Under the pieces are notes generated by a model. It had not been told where the DNA came from, made no database searches, and was given only the letters and a program-made list of their open reading frames with translations. From Camelus ferus (lineage: Eukaryota), in NCBI RefSeq assembly GCF_009834535.1, contig NC_045697.1:35280001-35344000 (forward strand): DNA of 64,000 nt, written 5' to 3'. A program made the position numbers and the translations under genes. This document shows positions 25,340 to 37,086 of this stretch, one piece after another (position 1 is the first letter of the stretch; every line of letters begins with the position of its first letter).

Positions 25340-26345
25340 TGAAAGGAATAAAGCCAACCACAAAATAAGAATTAATTCAAAAAGATACATACATCTGCTA
25401 TTAATAGCAACATTATTTATAATTGCCAAGATATGGAAGCATTTTAAGCTCACATCAATAAATGAATGGATGAAGAAGATGCAGCATATATATATGTAAT
25501 GAAATACAACTCACCCATAAGAAAGAATGATATTCTGCCGTTTGCAGCCCTTCATTCACTTTTTTTTCCACTTCAAAAACCAGAATTTTATAACTGGCTT
25601 AAACATTTCCATTGCATCAAAAACAACAAAATACCTAGAAATAAACTTAACCAAGGAGGTTACCCATACTCTGAAAACTGTAAAACATTGATGAAGGAAA
25701 TTGAAGATGATGCAAAGAAATGGAAAGATATCTTGTGCTCTTGGATTGGAAGAATCAACATTATCAAAATGGCCGTAATACCCAATCAATCTACAGATCC
25801 AAAGCAACCCCTGTGTCAAAGTACATTTTTCACAGAACTAGAACAAACAATTCCAAAATTTATATGGAATCATAAAAGTCCCTGAACTGCCAACACAATC
25901 TTTCTCTCTCTCTCTTCTTTTTGTTCTCTTTTCTTATGGTTTGATGGCTAGAGAAGTTCCTTTAACATTTGTTGTAAAGCCGGTTCAGTGGTGAATTCTT
26001 TTAGCTTTTGTTTATCTGTGAAGCTTTTGATCTCTCCATCAAATCTGAATGAGAGCCTTGCTGGATAGAGTATTCTTGGTTGTTGGTTTTTCCCTTTCAT
26101 TACTTTAATTATATCGTGCCACTCCCTTCTGGCCTGTAGATTTTCTGCTGAAAAATCAGCTGTAACTTTATGGGAGTTCCCTTGTATGTTGTTTGTTGCT
26201 TTTCTCTTGCTGATTTTAATTTTTCCTCCTTATCCTTAATTTTTGTCAATTTGATTACTATGTGCCTTGGTGTGTTCCTCTAGGTTGATCTTGTGTGGAA
26301 CTCTGCACTTCCTGGACTGTTTCCTTTCCCAAGTTGGGTAAGTTT
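25340..26345. mobile_element. Rearranged L1: plus-strand ORF2 pieces (25340-25900) followed by a minus-strand L1 ORF1-region piece
   Basis: KTLMKEIEDDAKKWKDILCSWIGRINIIKMAV is L1 ORF2. 25950-26345 resembles the reverse complement of L1 ORF1 C-terminal sequence. Confidence 0.8.
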
Positions 26346-26382
26346 TCGTTTATTAATTAACGTCATCTTATTACATTTCTAG

Positions 26383-26609
26383 GGACATTTCATCATTCCT
26401 TATAGATTGCCGCACCAGACACCTTTCTGGCTGGCTGCTCTTAAATCTAATCAATATATATCAATATAATCAACGTGATATCGGATATAGTGTCCTCAAA
26501 TATCTGGTAGGGGAGGCACAAAAGAAGTCTTTTCAGGAGAACTTTAATCAATATAAAAATCCTTGTCAGTAGATGAACAGAAACTGGTGGCCAGAGATAC
26601 AGTGGAAAG
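26383..26609 (+). pseudogene. Pseudo-exon (DIFIIPYRLPHQTPFWLAALKS../..SVLKYLVGEAQKKSFQENFNQY-KSLSVDEQKLVARDTVE); frameshifted
   Basis: catttctag| ... GAAAG|gtaagt; EAQKK..ENFNQY.KS resembles an RGS C-terminal helix. Confidence 0.7.
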
Positions 26610-27340
26610 GTAAGTTATCCCCCCTCGTATCTTGCAGAGAACTAAAAATCCCCTCCCATCTCCAGGGGTGTCACCTCTTGGTTTGTCCTCCTTGTTCTTG
26701 GCTTAAGCCTCTCCCCTCCACCCCCCACCACACAGCGCCATGATGACAGGAAGCCAGAAGGACTTAATTCAGTCACAAAACTGCTAAATTTACTCATTCA
26801 TAGTCTCATGGTGTAATGAGAAGCATGTTGGCCTGAGGCTCAGAGGATCTGGTTTCTGGTCCCAGTTGCCAAGAACTCTCTGTGGGATTAGGGGAAAGTC
26901 ATCCAGCCTCTGTGGACTTCAGTTCCTTTGGAACGTGTTTTATAATAGCCATGCTAATTGAATAGACTCCAGGTGTCCTCCCACATACCTGAATTCATTG
27001 CTCTTGTAAAAGCCTTCTTAGAAACTTGCATTTTAGTGATTTATATTAGAGTGCTACGAAGTACACTGCATGCCTCCCAGAAGTCATATGATAATAAATA
27101 CATGGATTGACACGGCACTGTCGCTTAGTCCCAGTGTCAGGTAGTCTTGTGTCCTGGTTGTGTCACACACACAGCCATCCTGAGCAAAGAGAGGGAGTTC
27201 CAGGACACACAGGGGTTGGTGGTGGTTTCCTCACCCTTTTGTTTGCTTTGGGCTCAGTAGGATGTATTTACTATGCCCAGCTGTATTATCACAACTGTTT
27301 TAAGATAATGGTCACTGGTTTTAATTAAATTAACTCTCAG

Positions 27341-27406
27341 AAAATAGACATATGACTTGAAAAGATTTCTTGTAAAGAAAGCAGGGACTGAAGTGGAAAC
27401 AGCAAC
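27341..27406 (+). pseudogene. Pseudo-exon (K*TYDLKRFLVKKAGTEVETA), phase 2/2
   Basis: aactctcag| ... CAAC|gtgagt; one TAG. Confidence 0.7.
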
Positions 27407-28184
27407 GTGAGTGCAAGCAAATAAAGGACAACAAAAATGACGGAGCAGACACGTTTGCTCCCAGAACAGACTCATTACTATCTGCATTAAAAAGTAAAAA
27501 TACTGAGGATCAAATCAGATCTGACAAAAACTCTGAAACAAATACTCAAAATTATCAAGAAGATAGTTTACAAATTGGATGTACATCTGTTGATTCACAT
27601 CTACTGTCATTCCTGAGGAACCCTGACTTACGGGCATATTGTGTCTTGAAATACTAACGAATGTAGTATAATGCCATCGTGATTAGCAAGGCATTCAAAA
27701 TCAGTATTTATTTCATCTCTATGTCCTCTTCTTATTTTCCTTTTTGTGTATTTGTTATAATGCTTATAACACCTGGGCAGGTAACATATTGAAAGCATGT
27801 ACGAAAAAGGTTTTACTGATTAGAGGGATGTGTCCAAAAAGCTGAAACTAGAGATTTGTTCTGAGACTGATATGTCCAGATGTTCATCTGACTTGTGAAG
27901 CAGAGGTGTGGGTGGGGGCCCAGCTTGGATTCTGCACTTCAAGATGGTAAGACACTGATCACTCTACATTTTATGACCTATGACATAAGTACAGGAAATA
28001 AGGAAAGGGTTGTACTTTAGAAATTCACATGAATGTTTTCTATTTCAACTCTCAGAACCCCACCCACCCTCAGCTTCTAGGCAAAATAGGACTAGGTTTA
28101 ATAATCTTTCAATAAGTTGCTAATTTTCTCCCTTACTATCACCTCGTTCAACATCCAAGTAAATCAGCATTGCTAACCTGTTAG

Positions 28185-28238
28185 TTTTTCGGAACAAAAG
28201 GAGTCTGTGAAGACTTTTCAGATTCAGGAAAGAATCAT
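28185..28238 (+). pseudogene. Possible pseudo-exon (FSEQKESVKTFQIQERI), phase 2/2
   Basis: ctaacctgttag| acceptor; weak donor gttagg; open and phase-compatible. Confidence 0.4.
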
Positions 28239-28599
28239 GTTAGGGCATTGAATATATGCAATATTTGCTTTTAGGTCTACTTTACAGATCTAAAATTACT
28301 TTTGTTTAGGAAAAAAGCCCTTAGAGTTCTCCTAAATTGATTATTTATGCTACACTGTTTTTAAAGTGTACTTTATGCAGAAAATGGTCATATTTAATAC
28401 TTTAAGTTATTTTTAAATATTTCAAAATATAGACAGACAGAAAAGAAACAGGATGTAAATGTGGACTAAATTGTGTGTCAGTAACAGTCAGCCCCCTAAA
28501 TCTTAGTGACTCAATGCCATAAAATTTTATTTTTTACTCATTTACATGTCTAATGCAGCTTGGCAGGTGGGGCTCTGCTCACTGAAGTCTCTCAGGGAC

Positions 28600-29040
28600 T
28601 GTAGTGGACAGAATAAGGGCCCCCAAAGATGTCCATGTCCTAAAACCCAGAACCTGTGAATATATTACCTTATGTAGCAAAAGGTGCTTTGCTGATGTGT
28701 TAAGTTAAGGACTTAGATGGCAAGATGATCTTTGATTATCAAGTGGGTCTAATGTAATCACAGATCCTTATAAGAGAAAGGCAAGCAGGTCAAAGGTAGT
28801 AGTAGATGTGATCATGGCAGGAGGAGGTTGGAGTGATGTGAGGGAGGGCCACAGGCTAGAGTGCAGGCTCCCCTGAAGCCTCTAAAAGGAACCAGCCCTG
28901 AGGACACCTTGACTTTAGCCCAAAATCAGTGGGACTGATTTTGGAATCTGACCTCCAAAATTATAAAATGATAAATTTGTATTGTTTTAAGACACTTGAT
29001 TTGTGGTAATTTGTTATGGAAGCAATAGGAACCTAATACC
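28600..29040 (+). mobile_element. MLT1-type LTR (MLT1C/D-like)
   Basis: tgtagtggacagaataa-ggcccccaaagatgtccatgtcct...gcaataggaacctaatac. Confidence 0.8.
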
Positions 29041-30729
29041 AGGACCGATGTTCAATCTTGACAAATGCTTTCATGGTCCCTAGGGCAGAAAACGGACAAG
29101 TGATAAATCATGTGCCTGCTGGTAAAGCTTCAACTAGAAGCAACACATGTTGCTTCTGCATACATTTCATTGGCCAATTCAAGTCACACGATCTCCAAGG
29201 AGGCAGGGTGCACAAAGCCACCAATTGCCTGCAAGCAGGAGCCATGGCATTTGTAAGCAGCTCTAGGGACTAACAAACAGGAAGTGCAGAACTGGAGAGA
29301 ATGGGACTTACAATAGTGAAAGTGTGACTCATCTGGGAAAACTGATGCATACAATCAGGATTAAAAGAATAAGCCCAACAGTTCAAAATTTCTCACTAAT
29401 AGATTTGGAGTAGGCACTGGTGAGTGAGGCAGTGTCTACCAACATTTCACCTGAATTCCAACAATGGGAAGATTTGACCTCTCCTGGGCTCCATGCAGCT
29501 AGAAGACAGCCCACCCTTGACGAGGCGAGACAGGACCCTGAGGACCAGTGTCAGGGTACTTAGACTGCTGTAGACTAGGTGTCATCCCCAGGTCCCATGT
29601 TAGCTGGTTGCTGGCTGGGTTTGGCGGTTGGGAAGCGCTGATAGGAAACTGGCTGGTGGGAGGAACCAGGGTATCTCTCCCTCTGCTCTGCTCTTTGGGT
29701 GGACACAGGGGCAGTATCTCTTCTTGCCTCCTGCTGCTGCTGGGTCAGCTTGTTTTCAGGTTCCAGTTTCTGCCAGGTGACCCCAAGCCTGAGCTCTGGT
29801 AACTTGATCTCCTCCTTTTGTCCCTCCAGCCTAGGGATGGGGACAAATGTTATGCTTTTGCTGATCTGTGAGTTACTGTTTTTCAAGCCTCTTATGTCAT
29901 CTGTGTAACCAATTCCCTAGATTACAATTCTAGTTGGTTTCTGGCTTCCTGGTTGGACCCTGGCTGAAACACTGAGTAACCCAGAATCTGACAAGCACAC
30001 CGCCCACAAGGGCAACTCTGGATAAGGGAATGTCCTTGTGGTCCTAAGCAGTGGTTAGGAAAAACTAGTGACAATGACACAAATTAGCAGGATTCAAGGC
30101 AGCGTAGTAGAGATACGAGGTGGCCAGATAAAATGCAGGTACATCTCATGCAATATACAGACTGTGTAATTCTTCGCTGGTGGGGCTGTCTTGTGCATTG
30201 TAAGATGTGTAGCACTATTTGGGACATACTCATACAAAAGTGGTATTCATTATTTATCTGAAATTCAAGTTGAACTAGGTGTCCTGCATTTTTATTTGCT
30301 CAATCTGGCAACATCAGTGGAGAACTAGCTCATGTGGAGAGCTGTCTTCAGCACTGGGGCAGGCAGGACCAGATCCGGAAAACAACTGGGCGCTGGACTC
30401 AGACCTTGACTGAAGTCTTTGTTACAGGCTACAGTTACTGTGACTGAGGCAATTATGAAATATGGATTAGTCCAATCAGAGGACCCAGGAAAGTGAAGGC
30501 TCAGAAAGATGCCCGTGCATATGTGTTTGTGTGTATGTGTGTGTAAATGAATTACAGAAACTTACCTGAAATAATGGCCCCAATGCAGCTGTTGCTAGTG
30601 AAATGTTCTCAATTATTTGGGAGTCTCAAGATATATAAATGGTGAACTAGCACGTGGTTTTTGAAGATAATGATGGAAGACAAAAATATCTTGCAAAGAT
30701 CAAATGTCCAAATCTGGTGATCTGTCTAA

Positions 30730-30950
30730 ACCAGTGTTTCTCAACTGGAGGCCATTTTGTCCCCCAGGGAATACGTGGCAATGACTGAGCACACTTGTGA
30801 TTGGAGGATGCTCTGGCACCTAGTGGGTGGAGGCCAGCTAGCCATCCTACAATGCACAGGACAGCTCCTCAAACTCCCAAATAAATTCCAACAGCTCCCA
30901 AAAGAGTCATCCAGTCCAAAAGGTGAGTGGAGCCACAGTTGAGAAGCTCT
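30730..30950. mobile_element. MER20-like hAT DNA transposon remnant
   Basis: cagtgtttctcaac...gttgagaagctctg terminal inverted repeats. Confidence 0.7.
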
Positions 30951-31008
30951 GGTGTAAACACACATGGGAAGTCTGTAGTCAATACACATTTTATAAAAGT
31001 GTATACAG

Positions 31009-31169
31009 AATGTGCTATCCTGAGTGAAACCAGGTGATAATGCTGAAATTCCATGAGGATAGTTTCCAAGCTGAAATAGAAGTGGCTGGCACCACAGGAG
31101 CCCCTCATTTGTCGTCCCATATCTGGGATTTAGCAACCTCTGCAGATAGACAATAAAAATCATCACAGG
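31009..31169 (+). pseudogene. Pseudo-exon (MCYPE*NQVIMLKFHEDSFQAEIEVAGTTGAPHLSSHIWDLATSADRQ*KSSQ), phase 2/1
   Basis: tatacag| ... CAGG|gtgagg; two stops. Confidence 0.55.
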
Positions 31170-31260
31170 GTGAGGTGTGTGCTTGGCAATGCTAGCCTGT
31201 GTATATTTTATCAGTGTCCCTAAATGTTTTAACCAGAATACAGTGCCATTGTTTCTTCAG

Positions 31261-31343
31261 GGTGATCTATTTCTGCATGATTCAAGAGATGGATATATGC
31301 ATGATAATCTGATTCAAGTTCAAGGAATTCATGGAGGGAAGTT
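31261..31343 (+). pseudogene. Pseudo-exon (..DLFLHDSRDGYMHDNLI-FKEFMEGS); frameshifted
   Basis: gtttcttcag| ... AGTT|gtgagc; FKEFM resembles the RGS F..FL motif. Confidence 0.5.
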
Positions 31344-32352
31344 GTGAGCTGCACCAGGGCAAGGAGACAGAGCTGAAAACCAAGGGAGTTCTCAGTTCCT
31401 GGGAAAGGCAACCAAGTGTTTTTTTTTTAAAGCTCTGTCAATACTAAGGGACGTAAAACCAACCCAACTGGCTTAAAAGCAGTAGAGGATATTTTGCTTC
31501 ATATAACAGATTATTCCTTGGGTATCTCATAGGACTGGATGGGGAGCTGTATGCACTAGCACCTGTTCCTGGGGCTGGGTACCACTGGGATCATCTGATT
31601 CTCTCCATCCATTTCTCATCTCTGACTTCATTTTGCAGACAGGCTTTCTCTGCAGGTCATGGTAGAGAAGATGGCTACTGGCAGCCTAAATGTCACATCC
31701 TCCCAACTTCAACCTTCTCCTTCCTGTTATCTATATGTCAGACTTAAAAAAGGGTCTCTGTCTGGCTCTCCTTGGGTCATTGCCCACCCCTAGATCACTC
31801 GCTATGTCCAGGGAAATGGATACTATGATTGGCCAATCTGTGTCATGGTCCCAACCCTGTCATCAAGAATGAGCTTACACTTCCAAATGGCAGAGGTAGC
31901 CCAAGTACTCCAAGGTACTCCGAGGCACAAGGTACTACAGGGTACTCCCAGGTACTCCCTGCACAGCTGGGGATGAAAGCGCTCACAAGCCCAGCTCCTT
32001 CCAGCAGTTCAGTGCCAGCTGTTGCAGTCAAGAAATGTCAGGACGAGAAACAGCACAGTAATGTGGTCCCAGGAAAGTGATTCTAATTCCCCACTCTACT
32101 AACAAACATGGGTCTGTCTGCAAGGGTCAAATTCTATTTTTACTCTGAAATTTCAAAATATTTATAAATTTATCTCCTGTGGTGGTTGAACTACCAGTGG
32201 GCTGTAAATGCCTTCCCAGATGCTAACTCACAGAACTGTCTGTCAGAGCACCGTCCCAAGTTCCTAAGAATAAAGAAACTGGAGCTTTTCCAGAGCGGTG
32301 CTATTTGAATAAAGATTCTGAGAAAAGCACTTTGAGAACTGACTGTATTTCT

Positions 32353-32511
32353 TGTTTTTAATTTTTTCTCTTATTTTACATATATTTATTTTTCTTTTAT
32401 TTATTTATTATTATTTTTTATTTTTCCCCTTAATGGAGGCACTGGGGATTGAATCCAGGACCTTGTGCACGCCAAGCACACATTCTACCATTGAGCTATA
32501 TCCCCCACCCC
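32353..32511 (-). mobile_element. tRNA-derived SINE with a 20-bp target-site duplication
   Basis: tgagaactgactgtatttct at 32333-32352 and 32512-32531. Confidence 0.92.
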
Positions 32512-32563
32512 TGAGAACTGACTGTATTTCTAAAGATTTCTTAGTAATGATAATTTCTTCCAG

Positions 32564-32718
32564 CATGAGCTAGAATGGAGATTTGTACTTCAGAAGAAAT
32601 GGATGTGTCCTAGCAACCTGGAATTTTAAACTTTTTATTAGTCTTCCCCTGCAGTTGGCACATTGAAGGGGAAAAACACAAACATCATTATATAGAGAGT
32701 TTACGTGTGAAGTGTGAG
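32564..32718 (+). pseudogene. Pseudo-exon (*ARMEICTSEEMDVS*QPGILNFLLVFPCSWHIEGEKHKHHYIESLRVKCE), phase 1/0
   Basis: ttcttccag| ... GAG|gtacga; two stops. Confidence 0.55.
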
Positions 32719-33888
32719 GTACGAGTGCTTAATTTTCTCTCGCAGCTGAGTAAATCTTTGCAGTGTTGGCTAGCATACACAAAATGAAATGTACAATTAA
32801 ATTATGGCTTGACAAGTTTTACTCAAGGAGAATCTTAATTCTTGTGTTTTTTTGCTGTTTTAATTAGCTTACTTATAAAGTTGATACATGTATATAATTA
32901 TGTTGAATTTATGAAATTTACTTCCTTTTACTTATCACCCTATTTCAAAAGAAGAAAGCAAATATACAAAGAAATGAATGCCATTAGCTTAATCATTTGA
33001 CTGGGCAAAAGTCAACAAGGGGTATTAATTTATAGGAATGATCTAGAATTCTTCATTGCCTTTCTTGCAACTTGGATTGATTTCTTCTCCTAAGGAAAAA
33101 TTTCCTTTTTTTTCTGAACCAAAGACTGTTATGATGATTAAATGAGGTTCAGTATTAGCATAGAGCAAGTTCTCAGTAAACATGGCTTCTCTTTTCATCT
33201 CCTTCCAAAAAGTAGTCATCATGCCTGATGATTTAGCAGAACAAGCAGTTCTCAAATTTCAGAGCATATTGGAATCATTCTGGAAACTTGTGAAATATTC
33301 CACCACCTGGTGCCCACTTTGGAACCACAGGATCTAAATTTCCAGGACTATGTCTAACAAGCTTTGACAGACACTGGGCATCAGAACCACTGACCATAAG
33401 CTTATGTTTAACAACAGTTTCCAGGTTGGTTTCTTTAGCTCCCAAGAATTGAATGAATTCCGTATCCATTTTAAAGAAAAATTTGGAGCTAAAAAGGAAC
33501 TTAGAGAGTATTTAGTCCGGCTCCATCTCCTGCAATTGAAACTGAATCCCAGAGAAGCAAAGTGACTTGTCCCATCCAGACACCCAGTCAATTGCTGTGC
33601 ATGATGTGTTTGTCCCTGGGCCACGTCCCACAGCAGGGCTGGCTTTGAACAGAAGTCCTCCTTGGCTTCTTGTAGTAGAGACATTGACTTTGGGATCAGA
33701 TTTACCTACTTCTGTTGCTAATACATAGATGGCTCATCCTGAATATGTCACACGGATCCCATGGTTTGTACTTTGTACAAAAATAGCTTCCCAGTTCTAA
33801 TGGCTGGCTATTTCTTACTTTTATTACCTGATATAATTACCCCTTGCCCAGTCTTCTGTGTGGTTATGTGATTCATGACTGTTATTAG

Positions 33889-33998
33889 GAGCAGGCCTGA
33901 AAGCACTTTGAAAGGAACATTGTGAGCAAAGATCATCGATCAAATACCGTACAATCCCATTTGATTATTTTAGTGTCTCTGGAGCATGAGAGATTTAG
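33889..33998 (+). pseudogene. Pseudo-exon (EQA*KHFERNIVSKDHRSNTVQSHLIILVSLEHERF), phase 0/2
   Basis: gttattag| ... TTTAG|gtaggt; one TGA. Confidence 0.6.
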
Positions 33999-34126
33999 GT
34001 AGGTAATTTTGGAAAGAATTGTTTTCTTTTTATAGCTTCGAGTCAGGTTAGTTTTGAGGAGTATAAAATAGTCCCATTTTTCAAATATAGGAACAGAATG
34101 TTTACGTGCCCACCCACCTATTTTAG

Positions 34127-34224
34127 AACCGCACGATATGAACATCCAATGTTCATATGGATGAAAGGCCATCATCCATGATTTACAGTGCTGTTTTTGA
34201 AGTTCAGTTCCTAAAATTGAATGA
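34127..34224 (+). pseudogene. Pseudo-exon (TARYEH-..MDERPSSMIYSAVFEVQFLKLN(E)); one frameshift
   Basis: ctattttag| ... ATGA|gtaact. Confidence 0.55.
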
Positions 34225-35030
34225 GTAACTCAAGACTGGGTATAGCTAGTGTCCCTTTCTCTTTCAGTTACCTGAATTGATCTAGCCTGCCTGTAACTTG
34301 TCCCTCTCGGGCTGTGCCTTAGTGATCTCTAAGCCACCCCCAGGATGTGCATCATGTGTTCCCTCCTGTTCCTCCAGCAGGGACGTCATCCGTGGATGAC
34401 CCTCGTGGGACCCTTCCCTGTTGGCCAAGGGTCTGTGCATAGGTGAAGGGGACACTGCCTGCACTCCTGTCCCTTCAGTCCCTATACCTTTGTTTTAAGG
34501 ATAGTTTCCTGAAGATCCGATAGCAATGAAAGGGAGGTTCAGAACCAGTAGAGAAAGATCAGGTCAGCTCTCAGGTTCTCTGAAAAGCCTCAGTCCTGAC
34601 TTAACCCCAGGTCTCTTCCAGGCTGGGGCAGCTCACTTCCTGCTGGAAAATTCTAAATGCTTCAGGGTTTGTGCCAAATGTCTTCCATCCCTAGAAAGAA
34701 AAAGGAGCTTGTTCCTCACTTTTGTCTGTGGCCTACTTGCCTTAGACAATTCACCCATTGCCTGAAAGACTGAGAACTGGAAACGTTCCTTCCGTCCTGG
34801 GAAAGGATACAGGAGAGAATGGTCTGGTCCCGTGGCCCCAGCAGCACAGTCATATCTGATGTTACTACATTTCCTAAAAGCTGGGTTATTCAGTCCCCAA
34901 ACCGTGTATTTAATATCAAGAGCCCAATCCAGGTTGAACTGTTCCAAGCTCAGTTTAGATGATTCCGTCTCTTCGTCAGGATAGGTAGGGGTAGGAGACC
35001 AGTTGTCCCTGAAGTCACCTTGTTACACAG

Positions 35031-35304
35031 AAACAATCCTCAGTTCCGTGCTTTCCTGAGTACAGTATCAAAACACTCCGCTGGAAAAGCCGCGCTCCAG
35101 GGAGCCCTCCACGGGGTGGCTGACGTTTGAGCGCCCTCTCCCCTCTCATCCCCCATGTGAATTCGTCCCAGAGCTGCAGGCGTGGACTAGGAAGCCCAAT
35201 GTGGAAGGCCCTCGGAGTCAGCCTGCTGGGACACCGGACGCAGCAGAAAGGGGCAGAGAGCAGAGTTGAGGGGCAAATGGAGAAGAACCAGCACAGTGCC
35301 CGCG
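35031..35304 (+). pseudogene. Pseudo-exon (NNPQFRAFLSTVSKHSAGKAALQGALHGVAD-LSALSP...QMEKNQHSAR); one frameshift near 35125
   Basis: ttacacag| ... CGCG|gtaaga; a single 1-nt shift restores ~91 open codons. Confidence 0.68.
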
Positions 35305-35423
35305 GTAAGAGTATTTAGGGAGATTCTGGTTCCCTGCTGGGAACTCTAGAATGTCATGACTCAGCAAGACCTTGGGTTTTCCTAAAGATTGGATTCAAAA
35401 CCGTTATCTGGCTGTGTCCCTGG

Positions 35424-35498
35424 ATGTGTGCATGTGCCTGTGTGTGTCTGTGTGCACATGTGTATGTGTGTGGGTGTGTGTCTCTCTGTGTGTATGTA

Positions 35499-35533
<35 letters not shown>
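35424..35533. repeat. Imperfect (TG)n microsatellite
   Basis: Directly visible. Confidence 0.95.
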
Positions 35534-35535
<2 letters not shown>

Positions 35536-37063
35536 CCCTGAAAGCGGGGCTTGGGCTGGGACAGAGAAGAAAGGAAATTCTGGGCTGGAGGAACCAGAAC
35601 TCACACCCTGTGCTGGTGCTGAGCCTGAGAGGCAGTGGATACCCTGGCCTGCCTAGGCACCTCGGGGGCTGACTGGCATCCGGAAGAGGGGTCTTGGGAG
35701 TCTGACTGACAGCGATTTTGATTATGCAAGGCCAGTTTTGACATGGCCCGATAGGGACATCTTAGAATAACCATCAGGCCAGGACTGCCTCTAATATTCG
35801 AGGGCCCCAAAGCAGTAGAGAAACCAAAGTCAGCTCACCGCATGTCCAAATCTTCTGAGGTTACAAATCAAGCAACATCGCAGCTTAGCCCTCATGCCCA
35901 GCATGACCACAGTGCTGCCCAGGGAGTGTTCTGGCAACATGGAACCACACCCTCCCCCTGCCTGCTGGTGGGAGCCCAGCTCTGTTGGGGAGGGCGAGAC
36001 AGACCAGCCAGGGCAGACGGAGGACTGGGCTCGGGCTCCTGTGAGTGAATCCACCTGCCTGAACCAGGGACGGGGACTGGCCTGGGCCATGCTTCCTGGG
36101 GCGTCCTCAGCTCTCAGTGTTCTCACCGTCACAGCAGAGGGATTCTGACAACAGAATGGTTCACTGCATTTTCAGCTGCTTCGGAAAATTCCACCAACCA
36201 ACTTCCCTGCCTACTCCCTTGGAAACTCACAATTTACATTATAGTATATAGTAAAGGTTCTCACTGATCATATGATAAAATCTGCTTAACTTTGCTTAAC
36301 TCATCATCTCCCAAATGGAGCAATTGTAGGGGAGGGAACCTTTCTTTTTCTTTAAGTCTTATTAATATCCCAGAGCACCAGAGTTCTCCAGCACACCTAC
36401 GGAATTACTTTATTTGGAAGAGTTTTTGGACCTCAGATGCAGGGGACAAAATGAATCATTCTTCTTGGTCCTGAGCACATGATTGTTTCTGGTTCATTCC
36501 AGGCCCCTCGCTCATCCATTCCTTCCTTTATCTAGAGCTGATTTATCACTGGGCTCAGTAAGCATGGTGCTTTAGGGCTCAAAATACTTAGAGGGGGTCC
36601 ACAAAAATGTTTTAATTTCTTTTAAAGCAGAAGTAAAAATGTGCTTTCAGATCAAAGAAGATGTTTTTGTACATAATATTAATATAATCTTTATTCCAAC
36701 ACAGTTGTAAAATATGATTTTTAATTTTTTTTTTCGGATGAGAGGATGCACAAATGTAGAAGGACCCAGGGCCTCTGGAAATCAGAATGTGGCCCTGTAA
36801 GAGAGGGTTCTTCGCCACAAGTGTCAGAGAGAGCATGGCCTTGCTGACACCTTGATTTTGGACTTCTAGCCTCCAGAACTGTGAGAGAATAGCAACTCAG
36901 TTTGTGGTACTTTGTTGCAGCAGTTTTAGGAAGCTAATATGCATAGTTTCATTGAACTTTACTCCATTTGTGTGCTCACTTCTTGCCTTGCCCAGCTTAG
37001 GTAATGGTGGTTGCTAAAGCAATAAAAAATACAATATTGTGCAAGTGTATTTATTCTGATCAG

Positions 37064-37086
37064 GAAGCAAAGAGATTGAAATCCAG
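37064..37086 (+). pseudogene. 23-nt micro pseudo-exon ((G)SKEIEIQ), phase 1/0
   Basis: ttctgatcag|GAAGCAAAGAGATTGAAATCCAG|gtatgt; bridges the phases of both neighbours exactly. Confidence 0.65.

Noticed and set aside
25466..25885. 139-aa ORF
   Set aside because: L1 ORF2 remnant.
31903..31958. Short ggtactcc repeats with variable spacers (array-like)
   Set aside because: Tiny degenerate tandem repeat in mammalian DNA; not CRISPR-like in unit length or context.
35277..35304. Apparent alternative first exon MEKNQHSAR|gtaaga
   Set aside because: Better explained as the 3' end of internal pseudo-exon 35031-35304.
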